A stretch of DNA of 64,000 bases from assembly GCA_965261735.1 (NCBI GenBank), contig OZ253470.1, positions 3,104,001-3,168,000 on the forward strand, in the 5' to 3' direction. The notes under the pieces were generated by a model, which had not been told where the DNA came from, did not search any database, and saw only the letters and a program-made list of their open reading frames with translations. This stretch comes from Alphaproteobacteria bacterium (GTDB lineage Bacteria > Pseudomonadota > Alphaproteobacteria > SHVV01). Shown here in pieces: positions 29,631 through 42,307 of the stretch (position 1 is its first letter; every line of letters begins with the position of its first letter). A program made the position numbers and the translations under genes.

Positions 29631-31391
29631 CTACGGCACGGCGGCCAAGGTTTCAAAGATATCGCCCTCCGGCGGGCGCCCGAGCACGTGGGCGCGATGC
29701 CACAGGGCGTAGAACAGGAGCGTCCAGCCGGCGAAACCGACACGCTTGCCGCGCGCGACGTAGAGTGCCTCGACGCGGCCCGGCAGGCAGATCTCGCGAA
29801 TGCCCGGCTGCCGGGCCACGAGTGGCCCGAGCTCGCGGCCGCGCGTCGCGATCCATTCGGCGACGGGGACGCTGAAGCCGCGCTTGCGGGAAAAGGGCTT
29901 GGCTTCCGGAAAATGCTCTGCCAACCAACGGCGCAGAAGGTACTTGCCGCGGCCCTGGTGAAGCTTGAGCTGATCGGGCAGCCTGAACGCCACGTCGGCC
30001 ACTGCCGGGTCGAGCAACGGGGTGCGTCCCTCCACGCCGTGAGCCATCAGGCAGCGATCGAGCTTGATCAGGAGATCGTGCGGCAGCCAATCCGTACAAT
30101 CGGTAGCTTGGGCGATCTGTAACCGCGAGCGCCCGGCCTGCGTGGCCGTGCTCTCGGCGGCCACGATGCCGTCGCGCCAGCCGGCAACCTCGTCGCGCAG
30201 CAGGCCAAGCCCATCACAGATGCCGCGCGGGCGCATGGCCCGGCCGCCCTGCCACCACGGTCGCGTCGCGCTGCGGTAGCGGCCATAGCCGGCGAACAGC
30301 TCGTCGCCACCCTCGCCGGTGAGGATGACCTTGAGCTCCTGGCTCGCTTCGCGCGCCAGCTTGTAGGTCGGTAAGACGGCATAGTCTGCGGCGGGGTCGT
30401 CCATCGCCGCGGTGATCTCCGGCAGCAGGTTCCACAGGTCGCGCTCGTCGACCTCGACCTCGACGTGGTCGGCGCCGACGCGCTCGGCCAGCGCCCGCGC
30501 ATGGGCGCGCTCGTCATGCACGACGCCGGCAAAGCCGGCCGTGAACGCGCGCACCGGGCGCTCGTTGAGGCGAGCCATGAGCGCCAGCAGTGTCGCACTG
30601 TCGATACCGCCCGAGAGGAACATGCCGTAAGGAACGTCGGCGCGCTGATGGACCGTCACGCTTTCGGTCAGGGCCCGATCGAGCCTCAAGAGCGCCTCGG
30701 CCTGGTCCCAGTCGGCGGGACCGCCCGCGGGCAACGCCGCGACGCGGTGCCGCTCGATGATGCGGCCGCCGCCGATCACCAGCGTCTCGCCCGGAAGGAC
30801 GCGCTTCACGCCGGCGAAAATCGTGTCCGGCCCGGTCGTGAATTGGAGCTCGAGGAGTTCGCTACGGGCCTGAGGTGCGAGCTCGCGCTTGGCGAACCCG
30901 GCGGCGATGAGCGCCTGCGGCTCGGAGGCGAAGGCCACGCCGCGCGCATCGTCGACGTAGTAGAGAGGTTTGATTCCAAAGGGATCGCGGGCCAGCAGTA
31001 GCCTATCCGCGGGCCGGTCGTGCACTGCAAGGGCATACATCCCACGCAAGCCCCGAATGAAATCGGCACCGTCGCGGCGGTAGAGGAAGACGGGGGGCTC
31101 GCAGTCGGAAGAGGTGGCGAAGGGCTCCCCTGCGAGCTCGTCGCGAAGCTCAACGTAATTGTAGATCTCGGCGTTGGCTATGAGGGCCGCGCCGCCGGGC
31201 TCGCGCAGCGGTTGATCGCCGGTCTCGAGGTCGATAACCGCGAGCCGGCGATGCACCATCGCGACGTTGCGCGCGCGGTAGTGGCCGACGCCGTCGGGGC
31301 CGCGATGGGCCAGCGCCTCGCCCATTCTATCGACGCGGGCGAGATCGCCCTCGCCGCCGTCGGCAACCATCAGGCCCGCGATCCCACACAT
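29631..31391 (-). CDS. asnB: Asparagine synthase-like glutamine amidotransferase
   Basis: MCGIAG, HRGPD, LSGGIDS, GEGGDELF. Confidence 0.85.
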   Translation of the reverse strand: MCGIAGLMVADGGEGDLARVDRMGEALAHRGPDGVGHYRARNVAMVHRRLAVIDLETGDQPLREPGGAALIANAEIYNYVELRDELAGEPFATSSDCEPPVFLYRRDGADFIRGLRGMYALAVHDRPADRLLLARDPFGIKPLYYVDDARGVAFASEPQALIAAGFAKRELAPQARSELLELQFTTGPDTIFAGVKRVLPGETLVIGGGRIIERHRVAALPAGGPADWDQAEALLRLDRALTESVTVHQRADVPYGMFLSGGIDSATLLALMARLNERPVRAFTAGFAGVVHDERAHARALAERVGADHVEVEVDERDLWNLLPEITAAMDDPAADYAVLPTYKLAREASQELKVILTGEGGDELFAGYGRYRSATRPWWQGGRAMRPRGICDGLGLLRDEVAGWRDGIVAAESTATQAGRSRLQIAQATDCTDWLPHDLLIKLDRCLMAHGVEGRTPLLDPAVADVAFRLPDQLKLHQGRGKYLLRRWLAEHFPEAKPFSRKRGFSVPVAEWIATRGRELGPLVARQPGIREICLPGRVEALYVARGKRVGFAGWTLLFYALWHRAHVLGRPPEGDIFETLAAVP

Positions 31392-32428
31392 CAGCGGACG
31401 ATCCGCTCGAGGAAATCGACGTATTTGGCCACGACGGCAGGCTCGGTGAAGCGCGCGTGGTAGTCGCCCCGGCCCGCAGCGGCGAGGCCGGCCGCGAGGT
31501 CGGGCGCGGCCAACAGGCGCGAGATCGCGGCGGCCAGCGCCTCGGCATCGGCGACCGGCGCGAGCAGGCCGTTGATGCCGTCAGCGATCAGCGCCTTCGG
31601 CCCCACGGCCGCGGCGGCGACCACCGGCACGCCGTGCGCCCAGGCCTCGATCACCACGTTGCCGAGAGGCTCATGGCGCGACGGGCACACGACGACGTCG
31701 GCGGCCCGATAGAGCGCCGCGGCGTCGTCGCGCCAGCCCAGGAAGCGAACCTTCGTGCCGACGCCGAGCGCGGCGGCGTCGGCACGAAGCCGCGCCTCGA
31801 GCGGGCCCGAGCCGGCGAGCCACAGGTGGCACTCCGGGAGCTCGGCGAGTGCCCGCAGCAACACATCGAAGCCCTTGTTTTCATGGAGCCGACCGAGCGC
31901 CAGGATCAGCGGGCCCGAGGCTGGCGTGTCCAGGCTCTCGCGCGGCACCGGGGGCAAGGGATCGGCATCGACGAAGTTGGGCAGATAGTGCGCGCGCGCC
32001 GGCGGCCAGCCTGCTTCGACGACATATCTGACGATGTCGTTGGTGTTGGCGATGAGGTGGTCGCAGTGGCGATAGTATTTGAGCTTGTAGTAGCCGCCGA
32101 GCCGGGCGACGTGAACGAACCGGTGCCGCATACGGCGCGCGCGCGGGCACAGGCGTGTCGCGCGGCTCATCCAGGTGAGCACGACGGCGGGGCCGAAGGC
32201 TTCGATGGCGCGCCGGAAGGCGGGCCGGGAATGAACGTCGAGGCGTCCGCCGAACGGCAGCTCCTCCGTGGCAAGCCCACGCTGCGACAGCTGTGCGAGC
32301 GCCGGCGAGCCGTATCGCAGCAACAGATACTGCTCGACGCCGGCGCGCGCCAAGGCCGGGCACAGCCTGGCAAAAAAGGCCTCGGCGCCGCCGAAGCGGG
32401 CGCTCCCCATGGCCTGAATCACCCGCAC
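31391..32428 (-). CDS. GT4 glycosyltransferase
   Basis: GGAE, GRLHENKG, PSRHEPLGNVVIEAW. Confidence 0.9.
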   Translation of the reverse strand: MRVIQAMGSARFGGAEAFFARLCPALARAGVEQYLLLRYGSPALAQLSQRGLATEELPFGGRLDVHSRPAFRRAIEAFGPAVVLTWMSRATRLCPRARRMRHRFVHVARLGGYYKLKYYRHCDHLIANTNDIVRYVVEAGWPPARAHYLPNFVDADPLPPVPRESLDTPASGPLILALGRLHENKGFDVLLRALAELPECHLWLAGSGPLEARLRADAAALGVGTKVRFLGWRDDAAALYRAADVVVCPSRHEPLGNVVIEAWAHGVPVVAAAAVGPKALIADGINGLLAPVADAEALAAAISRLLAAPDLAAGLAAAGRGDYHARFTEPAVVAKYVDFLERIVR

Positions 32429-32461
32429 GGCGGCCCCGCCAACCCAACGATGCCACGCGCG

Positions 32462-33226
32462 CTATTCATTCTCGAGCCGCGCCTTGAGGTGGGACAGTAG
32501 CGGATAGAGCCCCGCGAACAGTGCGACCAGGATGCCGAGCGCGCCTTCGCGGTACCCCTTGCGCGCGACGTAGCACTTGTAGAAGCGGGTGAACAACCGC
32601 CGCAGGTTGGCGCCCAGGCTTCCGATGTCGCCGGCCTCGCGGAGGTCTTGCGCGCGCGCGGTGGTGTAGCGGTCGAGCCTGTCGATCATGGCCGAGATGT
32701 CGCGGTCGACATAATGCGCCATCGGCGCTCGCAAAACCCCGCGCGGCTGCGCCAGGTCGAGGCGGGGGTGGATACGCTGGCGCCCCCATCGCTTGGCGCC
32801 GCGCGAGAACAGGCGCGGCGCCGCGGCCACGCCCCAGGACGCGCCCCAGCCGTGGCGGACGAGCCGATCGCCCACATAGTTGTCGAAGGGGACGAGAAAA
32901 TAGCCGGCCTTCGCCGTCGCCGCGGTGTCGCGTATTTCCGCGGCCAGGGCTTCCGAGACCCGTTCGTCGGCGTCGACCTCGATGATCCAGTCGCCGGCGC
33001 AGGCATCGATGCCCGCGTTGCGGCGATCGCCCTCGATGGGCCAGGCGCCCTCGATGAGGCGTTCGGTGAATCGGCGCGCAACCGCGGCGGAGCCATCCTC
33101 GCAACGGTCGAGCACGACAACCAGCTCGTCGGCAAATCCGAGGCGCTCGAGGCACGCGGCCAGCTGCCGCTCTTCGTTATGAGCAACGACCAGCGCCGAT
33201 ATCCTGGGCCTCGTCGCCTCGCTCAA
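32462..33226 (-). CDS. GT2 glycosyltransferase (WaaE/KdtX-like)
   Basis: AHNEE, VDADE, YREG; TTG start overlapping the upstream stop. Confidence 0.85.
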   Translation of the reverse strand: MSEATRPRISALVVAHNEERQLAACLERLGFADELVVVLDRCEDGSAAVARRFTERLIEGAWPIEGDRRNAGIDACAGDWIIEVDADERVSEALAAEIRDTAATAKAGYFLVPFDNYVGDRLVRHGWGASWGVAAAPRLFSRGAKRWGRQRIHPRLDLAQPRGVLRAPMAHYVDRDISAMIDRLDRYTTARAQDLREAGDIGSLGANLRRLFTRFYKCYVARKGYREGALGILVALFAGLYPLLSHLKARLENE

Positions 33227-34185
33227 GCGGCGTCCCCGCGCGCGCGGCGCCACAATGCGACCGCTGCGTCCTCCACGGCGTCGACGCCGAGCGAGCCCAT
33301 CAGCGTGTCTTGGCGCCGGTAGTCGTAGCCGGGCGCGCCCACGAGGGCCTCATAGGAGAGCGCCGTGCGCACGACCGCCGCGTATTCGCCGACCGGCGCG
33401 TAGTGGACCTCCCGGCTCGGCCCGAACAGCCCCAGCGTTGGCACGCCGCTTGCCGCCGCGAGGTGCATGAGGCCCGAATCATTGCCGATATAGAGTGAGG
33501 ATCGCTCGAGGCACGCGTACGCCGTCAACAGGTCGGTGGTGCCGACGAGGTCGATACGCCGCGGCTCGGGAATGCTGTCGATGACCGGGGCCGCGGCGCC
33601 GCGCTCACCCTCGGCGCCGAGCACCGCGACCGTCGCGCCGGCGAGGGCCGCGCCGGGCGCGGTAAGGCGGGCTATGAGTTCGGCGAAGCGGAGCGCCGGC
33701 CATTGCTTGGCACCCCAGTTGGCGGTCGGGCCCACGGCCAGCACCGGCCCGTCGCCGGGGATGAGCCGCGCCGCCGCCTGCCGGTGCGATGGCGCTAGCC
33801 AGATGCGTGGCGCCAGCGGTGTCTCCAGCCCGATCGTCGCCGCGAATTGCCGGGTGCGGTGTTCGAGGGCGTCGCTCGGGCGGGTGACGGAGCGGGTACG
33901 GGCGCGCACCAGCCAGGCGAGGGCCGACGCCCGAAGATCGACGACGATATCCCAGTGCGTGCCGACCGCTTGGCGCCACAGGTCGAGCCAATGCCCGGCC
34001 CAGCGCCGCTTGACGAGGACAATGCGCCGCGTGACGCCCGGTGTGGCCTCGAACAGCGGTGCCGCCGCCGGGCCGCAGGCGAGGGTGATGCGCGCGTCCG
34101 GATAGCGCTCGATGAGGTGGTTCAGCACCCCCGACGACAGCACGGCATCGCCGATGCGAGTCGAAGCAACGTACAGGATTCTCAC
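33223..34185 (-). CDS. GT9 heptosyltransferase-like protein
   Basis: RIGDAVL, KQWP, GNDSGLMHLAAA, LFGPS. Confidence 0.85.
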   Translation of the reverse strand: MRILYVASTRIGDAVLSSGVLNHLIERYPDARITLACGPAAAPLFEATPGVTRRIVLVKRRWAGHWLDLWRQAVGTHWDIVVDLRASALAWLVRARTRSVTRPSDALEHRTRQFAATIGLETPLAPRIWLAPSHRQAAARLIPGDGPVLAVGPTANWGAKQWPALRFAELIARLTAPGAALAGATVAVLGAEGERGAAAPVIDSIPEPRRIDLVGTTDLLTAYACLERSSLYIGNDSGLMHLAAASGVPTLGLFGPSREVHYAPVGEYAAVVRTALSYEALVGAPGYDYRRQDTLMGSLGVDAVEDAAVALWRRARGDAA

Positions 34186-34196
34186 TTTCCGGCCCG

Positions 34197-34697
34197 TTAC
34201 AGACGCGCCAGCCAGGCTTCCACCCGCTCGCGGTTGATGCCGAAGTCGGCGCGGCCATAAAGCGCACGGCTGAAGACCGCGAGCGACGCACCATCCGCAT
34301 CGAGATCGTAGAACCGCACCGTGATGATGTCGGGAAACCGAAACACGGCAGAGCGCTGAACGTAGTCGTGCTGGCGCAGGGAATCGTCGCGCCCGAGTAC
34401 CACGACACGAGGCTCGAGCGCGATCATCGCCCGCCAGCGGGCTTCGAGGGCGGCCACCGGTTGCACAAACACCGGGCTCTCGGCGTGTGTCGCATCGGCG
34501 CATTGGTCCGGCGGGCATGCGAGATACTGGTTCGAGGCCTCCGAGAGCGCGATGTGATCGAAGTCCACCTTGTCGAGCGGGCCGATGCCGAAGATCCGAT
34601 CGCGAGGGTCGCCGTCGCATGCCGCCAGCAGGGCGGCGACGACGCCGATCACGAGAGACCGGCGGCAAGCGGTGATGGCACCACGGCACAGGCTCAT
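34197..34697 (-). CDS. DUF1499 family lipoprotein
   Basis: LAAC lipobox, NQYLACP, FRFPD, SRALYGRADFGINRERV. Confidence 0.8.
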   Translation of the reverse strand: MSLCRGAITACRRSLVIGVVAALLAACDGDPRDRIFGIGPLDKVDFDHIALSEASNQYLACPPDQCADATHAESPVFVQPVAALEARWRAMIALEPRVVVLGRDDSLRQHDYVQRSAVFRFPDIITVRFYDLDADGASLAVFSRALYGRADFGINRERVEAWLARL

Positions 34698-34816
34698 TTC
34701 CGGCCCTTATACGTCCGCCCCGAGTCCGTGCCAAGGGCCGTGCGCCACTTGCCAAAGAGGGGCGCTTCGCCTAAGTGATGAGCGATGACGCCCCTCACCT
34801 TCCCGTGCCAGGTGCC

Positions 34817-35728
34817 ATGACATCGAAAACCTCGATCGTGCTGGATGACCGCGCCCTTCTCGCGGTATCGGGGGAGGACGCGCGGCCCTTTCTCCAGGGC
34901 CTCATCTCCAACGACGTCAACAAGGTTGGGCCTGGGTGCGCGATCTACGCGAGCCTCCTCACCGCGCAGGGCAAGTTCCTGCACGACTTCTTCGTCACCG
35001 AGCTCGCGATGGACGGCGAGCGGGCGCTCGTGCTCGACTGCGAGGCCGGGCGTTGCGCTGATCTCGAACGTCGCCTCACCCTCTACAAGCTGCGCGCCAA
35101 GGTAACGCTCACGAACCTCACCGACGACTATGTGGCGGCGGCGCTGCTCGGCGAGGCCGTGCTTGCCGATCTCGGGCTCGCGGCTGAGGCCGGTGCCGCC
35201 TGCCTATGGGGCGGTGGCGTCGTCTACGTCGATCCGCGCCTCTCCGCCATGGGCGCGCGCGCCCTGTTGCCGCGGCGGGGCGCCGACGAAGCGCTCGCCG
35301 AGGCTGGCTTCGCGGCCGCGGACCGGGCCGACTACGACCGGCTCCGGCTCGCGCACGGCCTGCCCGACGGCAGCCGCGACATGGTGGTCGAGAAGTCGTT
35401 CCCGCTCGAGTGCGGCATCGAGGACCTCAACGGCATCGACTACGACAAGGGCTGCTACGTCGGCCAGGAACTGACCGCCCGCACCCACTACCGCGGCACC
35501 ATCCGCAAGCGGCTGATCCGTGTCGACATCGAGGGACCGGTGCCGGCGCCGGGCACGCCGATCATGCTCGGCGACAAGCAGGCCGGCGAGGTGCGGTCGG
35601 GTCGGGATGGTTCCGCCATAGCGCTGTTGCGGCTCGAACAGCTGGCGGCGGTGCAAGCAGGTGGCGGCCCCTTCACCGCGGGCGAGGCCCGCGTCACGCC
35701 CGTCAAGCCCGAATGGGCCCGCTTCTAG
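34817..35728 (+). CDS. ygfZ: Folate-binding Fe-S/tRNA-modification protein YgfZ
   Basis: FLQGLISND and the KGCYVGQE signature. Confidence 0.9.
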   Translation: MTSKTSIVLDDRALLAVSGEDARPFLQGLISNDVNKVGPGCAIYASLLTAQGKFLHDFFVTELAMDGERALVLDCEAGRCADLERRLTLYKLRAKVTLTNLTDDYVAAALLGEAVLADLGLAAEAGAACLWGGGVVYVDPRLSAMGARALLPRRGADEALAEAGFAAADRADYDRLRLAHGLPDGSRDMVVEKSFPLECGIEDLNGIDYDKGCYVGQELTARTHYRGTIRKRLIRVDIEGPVPAPGTPIMLGDKQAGEVRSGRDGSAIALLRLEQLAAVQAGGGPFTAGEARVTPVKPEWARF

Positions 35729-35756
35729 ACGATCCGCCCTCGGACCGACCGGGGTG

Positions 35757-36329
35757 GTGACGCGGTGCCCATGGCCGAGCGAGGACCCGATGTACCTCGC
35801 CTACCACGACGAAGAGTGGGGCGTGCCCGAGCATGACGACCGTGCCCTGTTCGAGAAGCTCGTCCTCGACGGCTTCCAGGCCGGCCTGAGCTGGCTCATC
35901 ATCCTGCGCAAGCGCGAGAACTTCCAGCGCGCCTTCAGCGGCTTCGATCCCGTCAAGATCGCCCGCTATCGCCCCGCCAAGGTCGCCGCGCTGATGAACG
36001 ATGCCGGCATCGTGCGCAACCGGGCCAAGATCGAAGGCACCATCGCCAATGCCCGCGGGTTTCTCGCGATCCTCGAGGAGGGCCAGAGCTTCGACTCCTA
36101 CTTGTGGCAATTCACCGACGGTCGGACGATCAAGAACGCCCACCGCTCGCTCGACGATCTGCCCGCGCAATCGCCCGAGTCCAAGGCGATGAGCAAGGAC
36201 CTGCGGGCGCGCGGCTTCAAGTTCGTCGGCCCGACCATCTGCTACGCCTTCATGCAGGCGGTCGGCATGGCGAACGACCACCTGGTCGACTGCTTCCGCT
36301 ACCGGGAGGTGGCGCGGCGCCGACCATGA
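35757..36329 (+). CDS. tag: DNA-3-methyladenine glycosylase I
   Basis: YHDEEWG, FQAGLSW, FVGPTICYAFMQA, NDH...CF. Confidence 0.9.
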   Translation: MTRCPWPSEDPMYLAYHDEEWGVPEHDDRALFEKLVLDGFQAGLSWLIILRKRENFQRAFSGFDPVKIARYRPAKVAALMNDAGIVRNRAKIEGTIANARGFLAILEEGQSFDSYLWQFTDGRTIKNAHRSLDDLPAQSPESKAMSKDLRARGFKFVGPTICYAFMQAVGMANDHLVDCFRYREVARRRP

Positions 36330-36773
36330 TCCGCGACTGCACGTCGGCCGACTTCGCTGCCATCCACGCCGTTATCAACGAGGCCGCGGCCTCCTACCAG
36401 GGCGTTATCCCTGCCGACCGCTGGCACGAGCCCTACATGGCGGAGGACGAGCTGCGCGGGGAACTCGCGGCGGGCGTCGCCTTCCTGGGCTACGAGCGCG
36501 AAGGGGAGCTGGCCGGCGTGATGGGCATCCAGCCGTTCGCCGACGTTGTGCTGATCCGCCACGCCTACGTGCGCCCCACTAGCCAACGCCGCGGCATCGG
36601 CGGCCGCTTGCTGGCGGCCGCGCGTGACCGCGCCCGTGCGCCGGTGGCTCGTCGGCACGTGGGCAGCCGCGGTCGGGGCCGTCAGCTTCTATGAGAGGCA
36701 CGGGTTCCGCGTCGTCTGCGAAGCGGACAAGGCCGCGCTGCTGGATCGATATTTCCGGAGCTGGCTGGAGTAA
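36326..36773 (+). pseudogene. GNAT acetyltransferase, frameshifted near 36647 and 3'-truncated
   Basis: QRRGIG motif; removing one G restores PVLVGTWAAA...FYERHGF; runs into low-GC DNA at about 36752. Confidence 0.75.
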
Positions 36774-37002
36774 GTGTGCTTGATGGACCAACGAAGATTT
36801 TTATAAGTATGAATCTTGCCGCCGCCTTGGCCACTATCTTTGCATTGTATCGCCGTGCCGCAAGTATGATGTTGCTCTTGTTTATGATGGTCTTTCTGCA
36901 GGATATACCGGATTATGCTTTAGCATTATCTCAGGGGAATACTTGTTCCCGTTTGTTCTATTCTTGATCTTCGTCATCTGGGTGCCATCTGCTTGGGGTG
37001 TT
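36752..37002 (+). pseudogene. Low-GC fragment of a small membrane-protein gene
   Basis: 44% GC counted over 36781-36900; hydrophobic frame continues after a 1-nt shift at the G run near 36935. Confidence 0.45.
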
Positions 37003-37128
37003 CTTGCCTACCGCGCAGTCGCCTGGCGACCGCGCCCGCCTCGCCGCCGTCCATCGACATGATGACGCCAGCGAGATTTCCCATCTCCTCGGCTCGTGCC
37101 GCTGATTCCTCGCCGGTAGCCCGCAGCT

Positions 37129-37168
37129 CTAATGGGACGCACCCTAATCCGTCTTAGGGGGACACACC

Positions 37169-37178
<10 letters not shown>
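37129..37178. repeat. 2 x about 25-bp imperfect tandem repeat over the ppdK stop
   Basis: GGGACGCACCCTAATCCGTC / GGGACACACCCTAGTCCGTC. Confidence 0.7.
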
Positions 37179-39859
<2,681 letters not shown>

Positions 39860-39870
39860 GGCGCTGGCGA

Positions 39871-41994
39871 CTACCCTTCGATCTGCGAAAAGTCGGCGAC
39901 CGTGTCGAACGGCTCGCGAATGTTCGACAAGAAACGCAGCCGCCTCTCCCTAAGTTTCCTATCCACATCGTTTACGGTGATTCGATCGAAGAACATATCG
40001 ACCGGCTGACGCAACGGCGCCAGTTCGGACATAGCGCCGGTGAAGTCTCCACTCTTCAGCGCTTGTTTACTTGCCGTCATCGAGGCCGTCAGACTGGAGT
40101 ACAGTGCCCTTTCCTCGGGCTGAGCGTACTCCATCCAGTCGGCCAATTCGTTGTTGGACAATCCCTTGTAAGAACGGCCGTCCTTCTTTTCCTCGATGCG
40201 GACGATATTGGCGGCGCGCTTGTAGGCTGTGAGCAGGTTGCCACCGTCATCGGTATCGAGGAATTCTTGCAACGCCTCGACCCGCGCCATGAGCCGCACC
40301 AGGTCGTCCTCGCCGGTGAGCGCAAAGACCGCCGCAATGAGATCGTGGCGCACGCCGCGCTCGCGCAGATGCACCTTGAGTCGGTCGGCGATGAATCCTA
40401 AAACATCGTCAGCCACCTGCTCCGTTTGATAGCGCAGCATCGCACCCTGCCCAGAGTATGCTTTCCAAGATCCCGCCAGTATCGTTCGCAGCGGAAGTCG
40501 AAGGTCGTTCTCCAAAATAATGCGAATCACGCCGAGCGCTGCGCGCCGTAGGGCGAAGGGATCCCTTGAGCCGGTCGGCTTTTCGCCTCGCCCGAAGAAT
40601 CCGGTTAGTGTGTCAAGTTTGTCTGCTAGTGCCACTGCGACGGATATCGACGCACTGGGGCATGTGTCGTTCGGGCCCAAGGGCGAATAATGATCCCTGA
40701 TGGCGTCGGCGACGTCCGCCGACTCACCGTCAGCGAGCGCATAATATCGCCCTGCAACGCCCTGTAGTTCGGGGAACTCTGCCACCATGGCTGTCGTAAG
40801 GTCAGCTTTAGCGAGTCGCGCCGCGGCGCGTACGTGACTCCGGTCCGTTTGAGGAACAAACGGAATCAAATCGAGGGCGAGTGACTCCATTCGGTCGGCT
40901 TTTTGATCGAGAGAGCCCAGACCGGCAAAAAAAACAATGCCCCAGAGCGCCGGTACTCGGCTCTCAAGCGTTGACTTGCGGTCCTGGTCCCAGAAGTACT
41001 TGGCGTCGGCGAGGCGGGCGCGTAAGACCCGCTCGTTGCCGGCGATGATGGCGGCGCCGCCGTCCTCGGCCTCGATGTTGGCGACGACGATGAAGCGGGG
41101 CGCGAGGTCGCCGGCGGCGTTGCGGAGCGAGAAGTACTTCTGGTGGGTGCGCATTGAGGCGCGCAGGGCCTCCGGTGGAAGCTCCAGGAACGCCTCGTCG
41201 AACCGCCCCATAAGCACCACCGGCCACTCGACGAGCCCCGCGTTCTCCGCGACCAGCGCTTCGTCCTCGACGAGGGTCAACCCCTCCCCCGCCGCCAGTT
41301 CGTTCGCGCTGTCGCGGATGATGCGCTTGCGCTCCTCCGCATCGAGGATGACGTACGCCCCGCGCAGTCCTTGTTCGTAGTCGGCGAAGTTTTTGACCTC
41401 GAATGCTTCGGGTGCGTGGAATCGATGTCCGCGTGTTTTCCCAGTGGCAACCAAACCTCTTCCTACAGGTTCATCATCTATCAGTTCGATGGAATACGGT
41501 ATCGACTTACCCCCAAAAACTGCCAGCAATGAATGAATGGGGCGGACCCACAGAAACCTATTCGCGCCCCAACGCATCGACTTGGGCCAATGCAACGACG
41601 AAATCGCCCACGCCACCGCCAGCCCGGCACCTATTTGGGTCGGCTGCCCTTCCTTTTCGACAACAGCAAACAACACCTTGCCCCTGTCGGTATCGCGCTC
41701 CTCGACGCGCTCATCCTGCGCTCGATCGAGCGAGTTCATGAAGCCGTCGATCGCTTTTTGCGGCGCATCGACTCGCGGCCCTTTTCGCTCCTTGTGGACC
41801 TTGGGCTGCTGTTCGGGCAGGCCGTCGACGACCAGTGCGAGGCGGCGCGGCGTCGCGAAGGCGCGCGCATTGTCAAAAGACAGGCCGGCCTCATCGAGCC
41901 CCTTGGTGACGAGGCGCTTGAGGTCGGCCGCCGCGCGCTCCTGCATGCCGGCCGGAATCTCCTCCGACAGAAGCTCTAGCAGCAGTTCGGCCAC
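39871..41994 (-). CDS. glyS: Glycine-tRNA ligase beta subunit
   Basis: ELLSEEIP, WPKSMRW, GNERVLRARLADA, EFPELQG, PTGSRDPFALRR. Confidence 0.95.
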   Translation of the reverse strand: MAELLLELLSEEIPAGMQERAAADLKRLVTKGLDEAGLSFDNARAFATPRRLALVVDGLPEQQPKVHKERKGPRVDAPQKAIDGFMNSLDRAQDERVEERDTDRGKVLFAVVEKEGQPTQIGAGLAVAWAISSLHWPKSMRWGANRFLWVRPIHSLLAVFGGKSIPYSIELIDDEPVGRGLVATGKTRGHRFHAPEAFEVKNFADYEQGLRGAYVILDAEERKRIIRDSANELAAGEGLTLVEDEALVAENAGLVEWPVVLMGRFDEAFLELPPEALRASMRTHQKYFSLRNAAGDLAPRFIVVANIEAEDGGAAIIAGNERVLRARLADAKYFWDQDRKSTLESRVPALWGIVFFAGLGSLDQKADRMESLALDLIPFVPQTDRSHVRAAARLAKADLTTAMVAEFPELQGVAGRYYALADGESADVADAIRDHYSPLGPNDTCPSASISVAVALADKLDTLTGFFGRGEKPTGSRDPFALRRAALGVIRIILENDLRLPLRTILAGSWKAYSGQGAMLRYQTEQVADDVLGFIADRLKVHLRERGVRHDLIAAVFALTGEDDLVRLMARVEALQEFLDTDDGGNLLTAYKRAANIVRIEEKKDGRSYKGLSNNELADWMEYAQPEERALYSSLTASMTASKQALKSGDFTGAMSELAPLRQPVDMFFDRITVNDVDRKLRERRLRFLSNIREPFDTVADFSQIEG

Positions 41995-42038
41995 GGCTCG
42001 GATTCCGCTCGCGAGGAAAGAAGATGCGGCTCGACGCG

Positions 42039-42259
42039 CCCTCGCCCTACCCCCTCCCACCAGGGGAGGGGGATGTACGGGGTGGGTGCCCGCGCCAAAC
42101 GACAGCCAAGAGTAGGCTGCGTCGACCAGAGGAAACCTACTCGCCCTCCCCCTACCCCCTCCCACGGGGGGAGGGGGGCTACGTCAGCTCGCGCCCCACG
42201 GTCCCGTCCCTCCTTGTGCGGGAGGGATAGGGAGGGGGGTTCGCTGCGGGAGGGGGAGC
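42039..42259. repeat. Cluster of REP-like palindromic repeats between glyQ and glyS
   Basis: CCCTC(G/C)CCCTACCCCCTCCCAC..GGGGAGGGGG at 42039-42072 and 42144-42177, inverted copy 42207-42238, partial copy 42247-42259. Confidence 0.75.
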
Positions 42260-42307
42260 GGGTGCCGGGCATGGTGCCGGCGTTTCGCCCCTCCTGCCGC
42301 TCGGGGG

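Noticed and set aside
31001-31010. GCCTATCCG match to the IS1595 end inside asnB
   Set aside because: Short match in an uninterrupted reading frame; expected by chance.
42039-42259. CRISPR array
   Set aside because: Few degenerate units in mixed orientation, irregular spacing, no cas genes.
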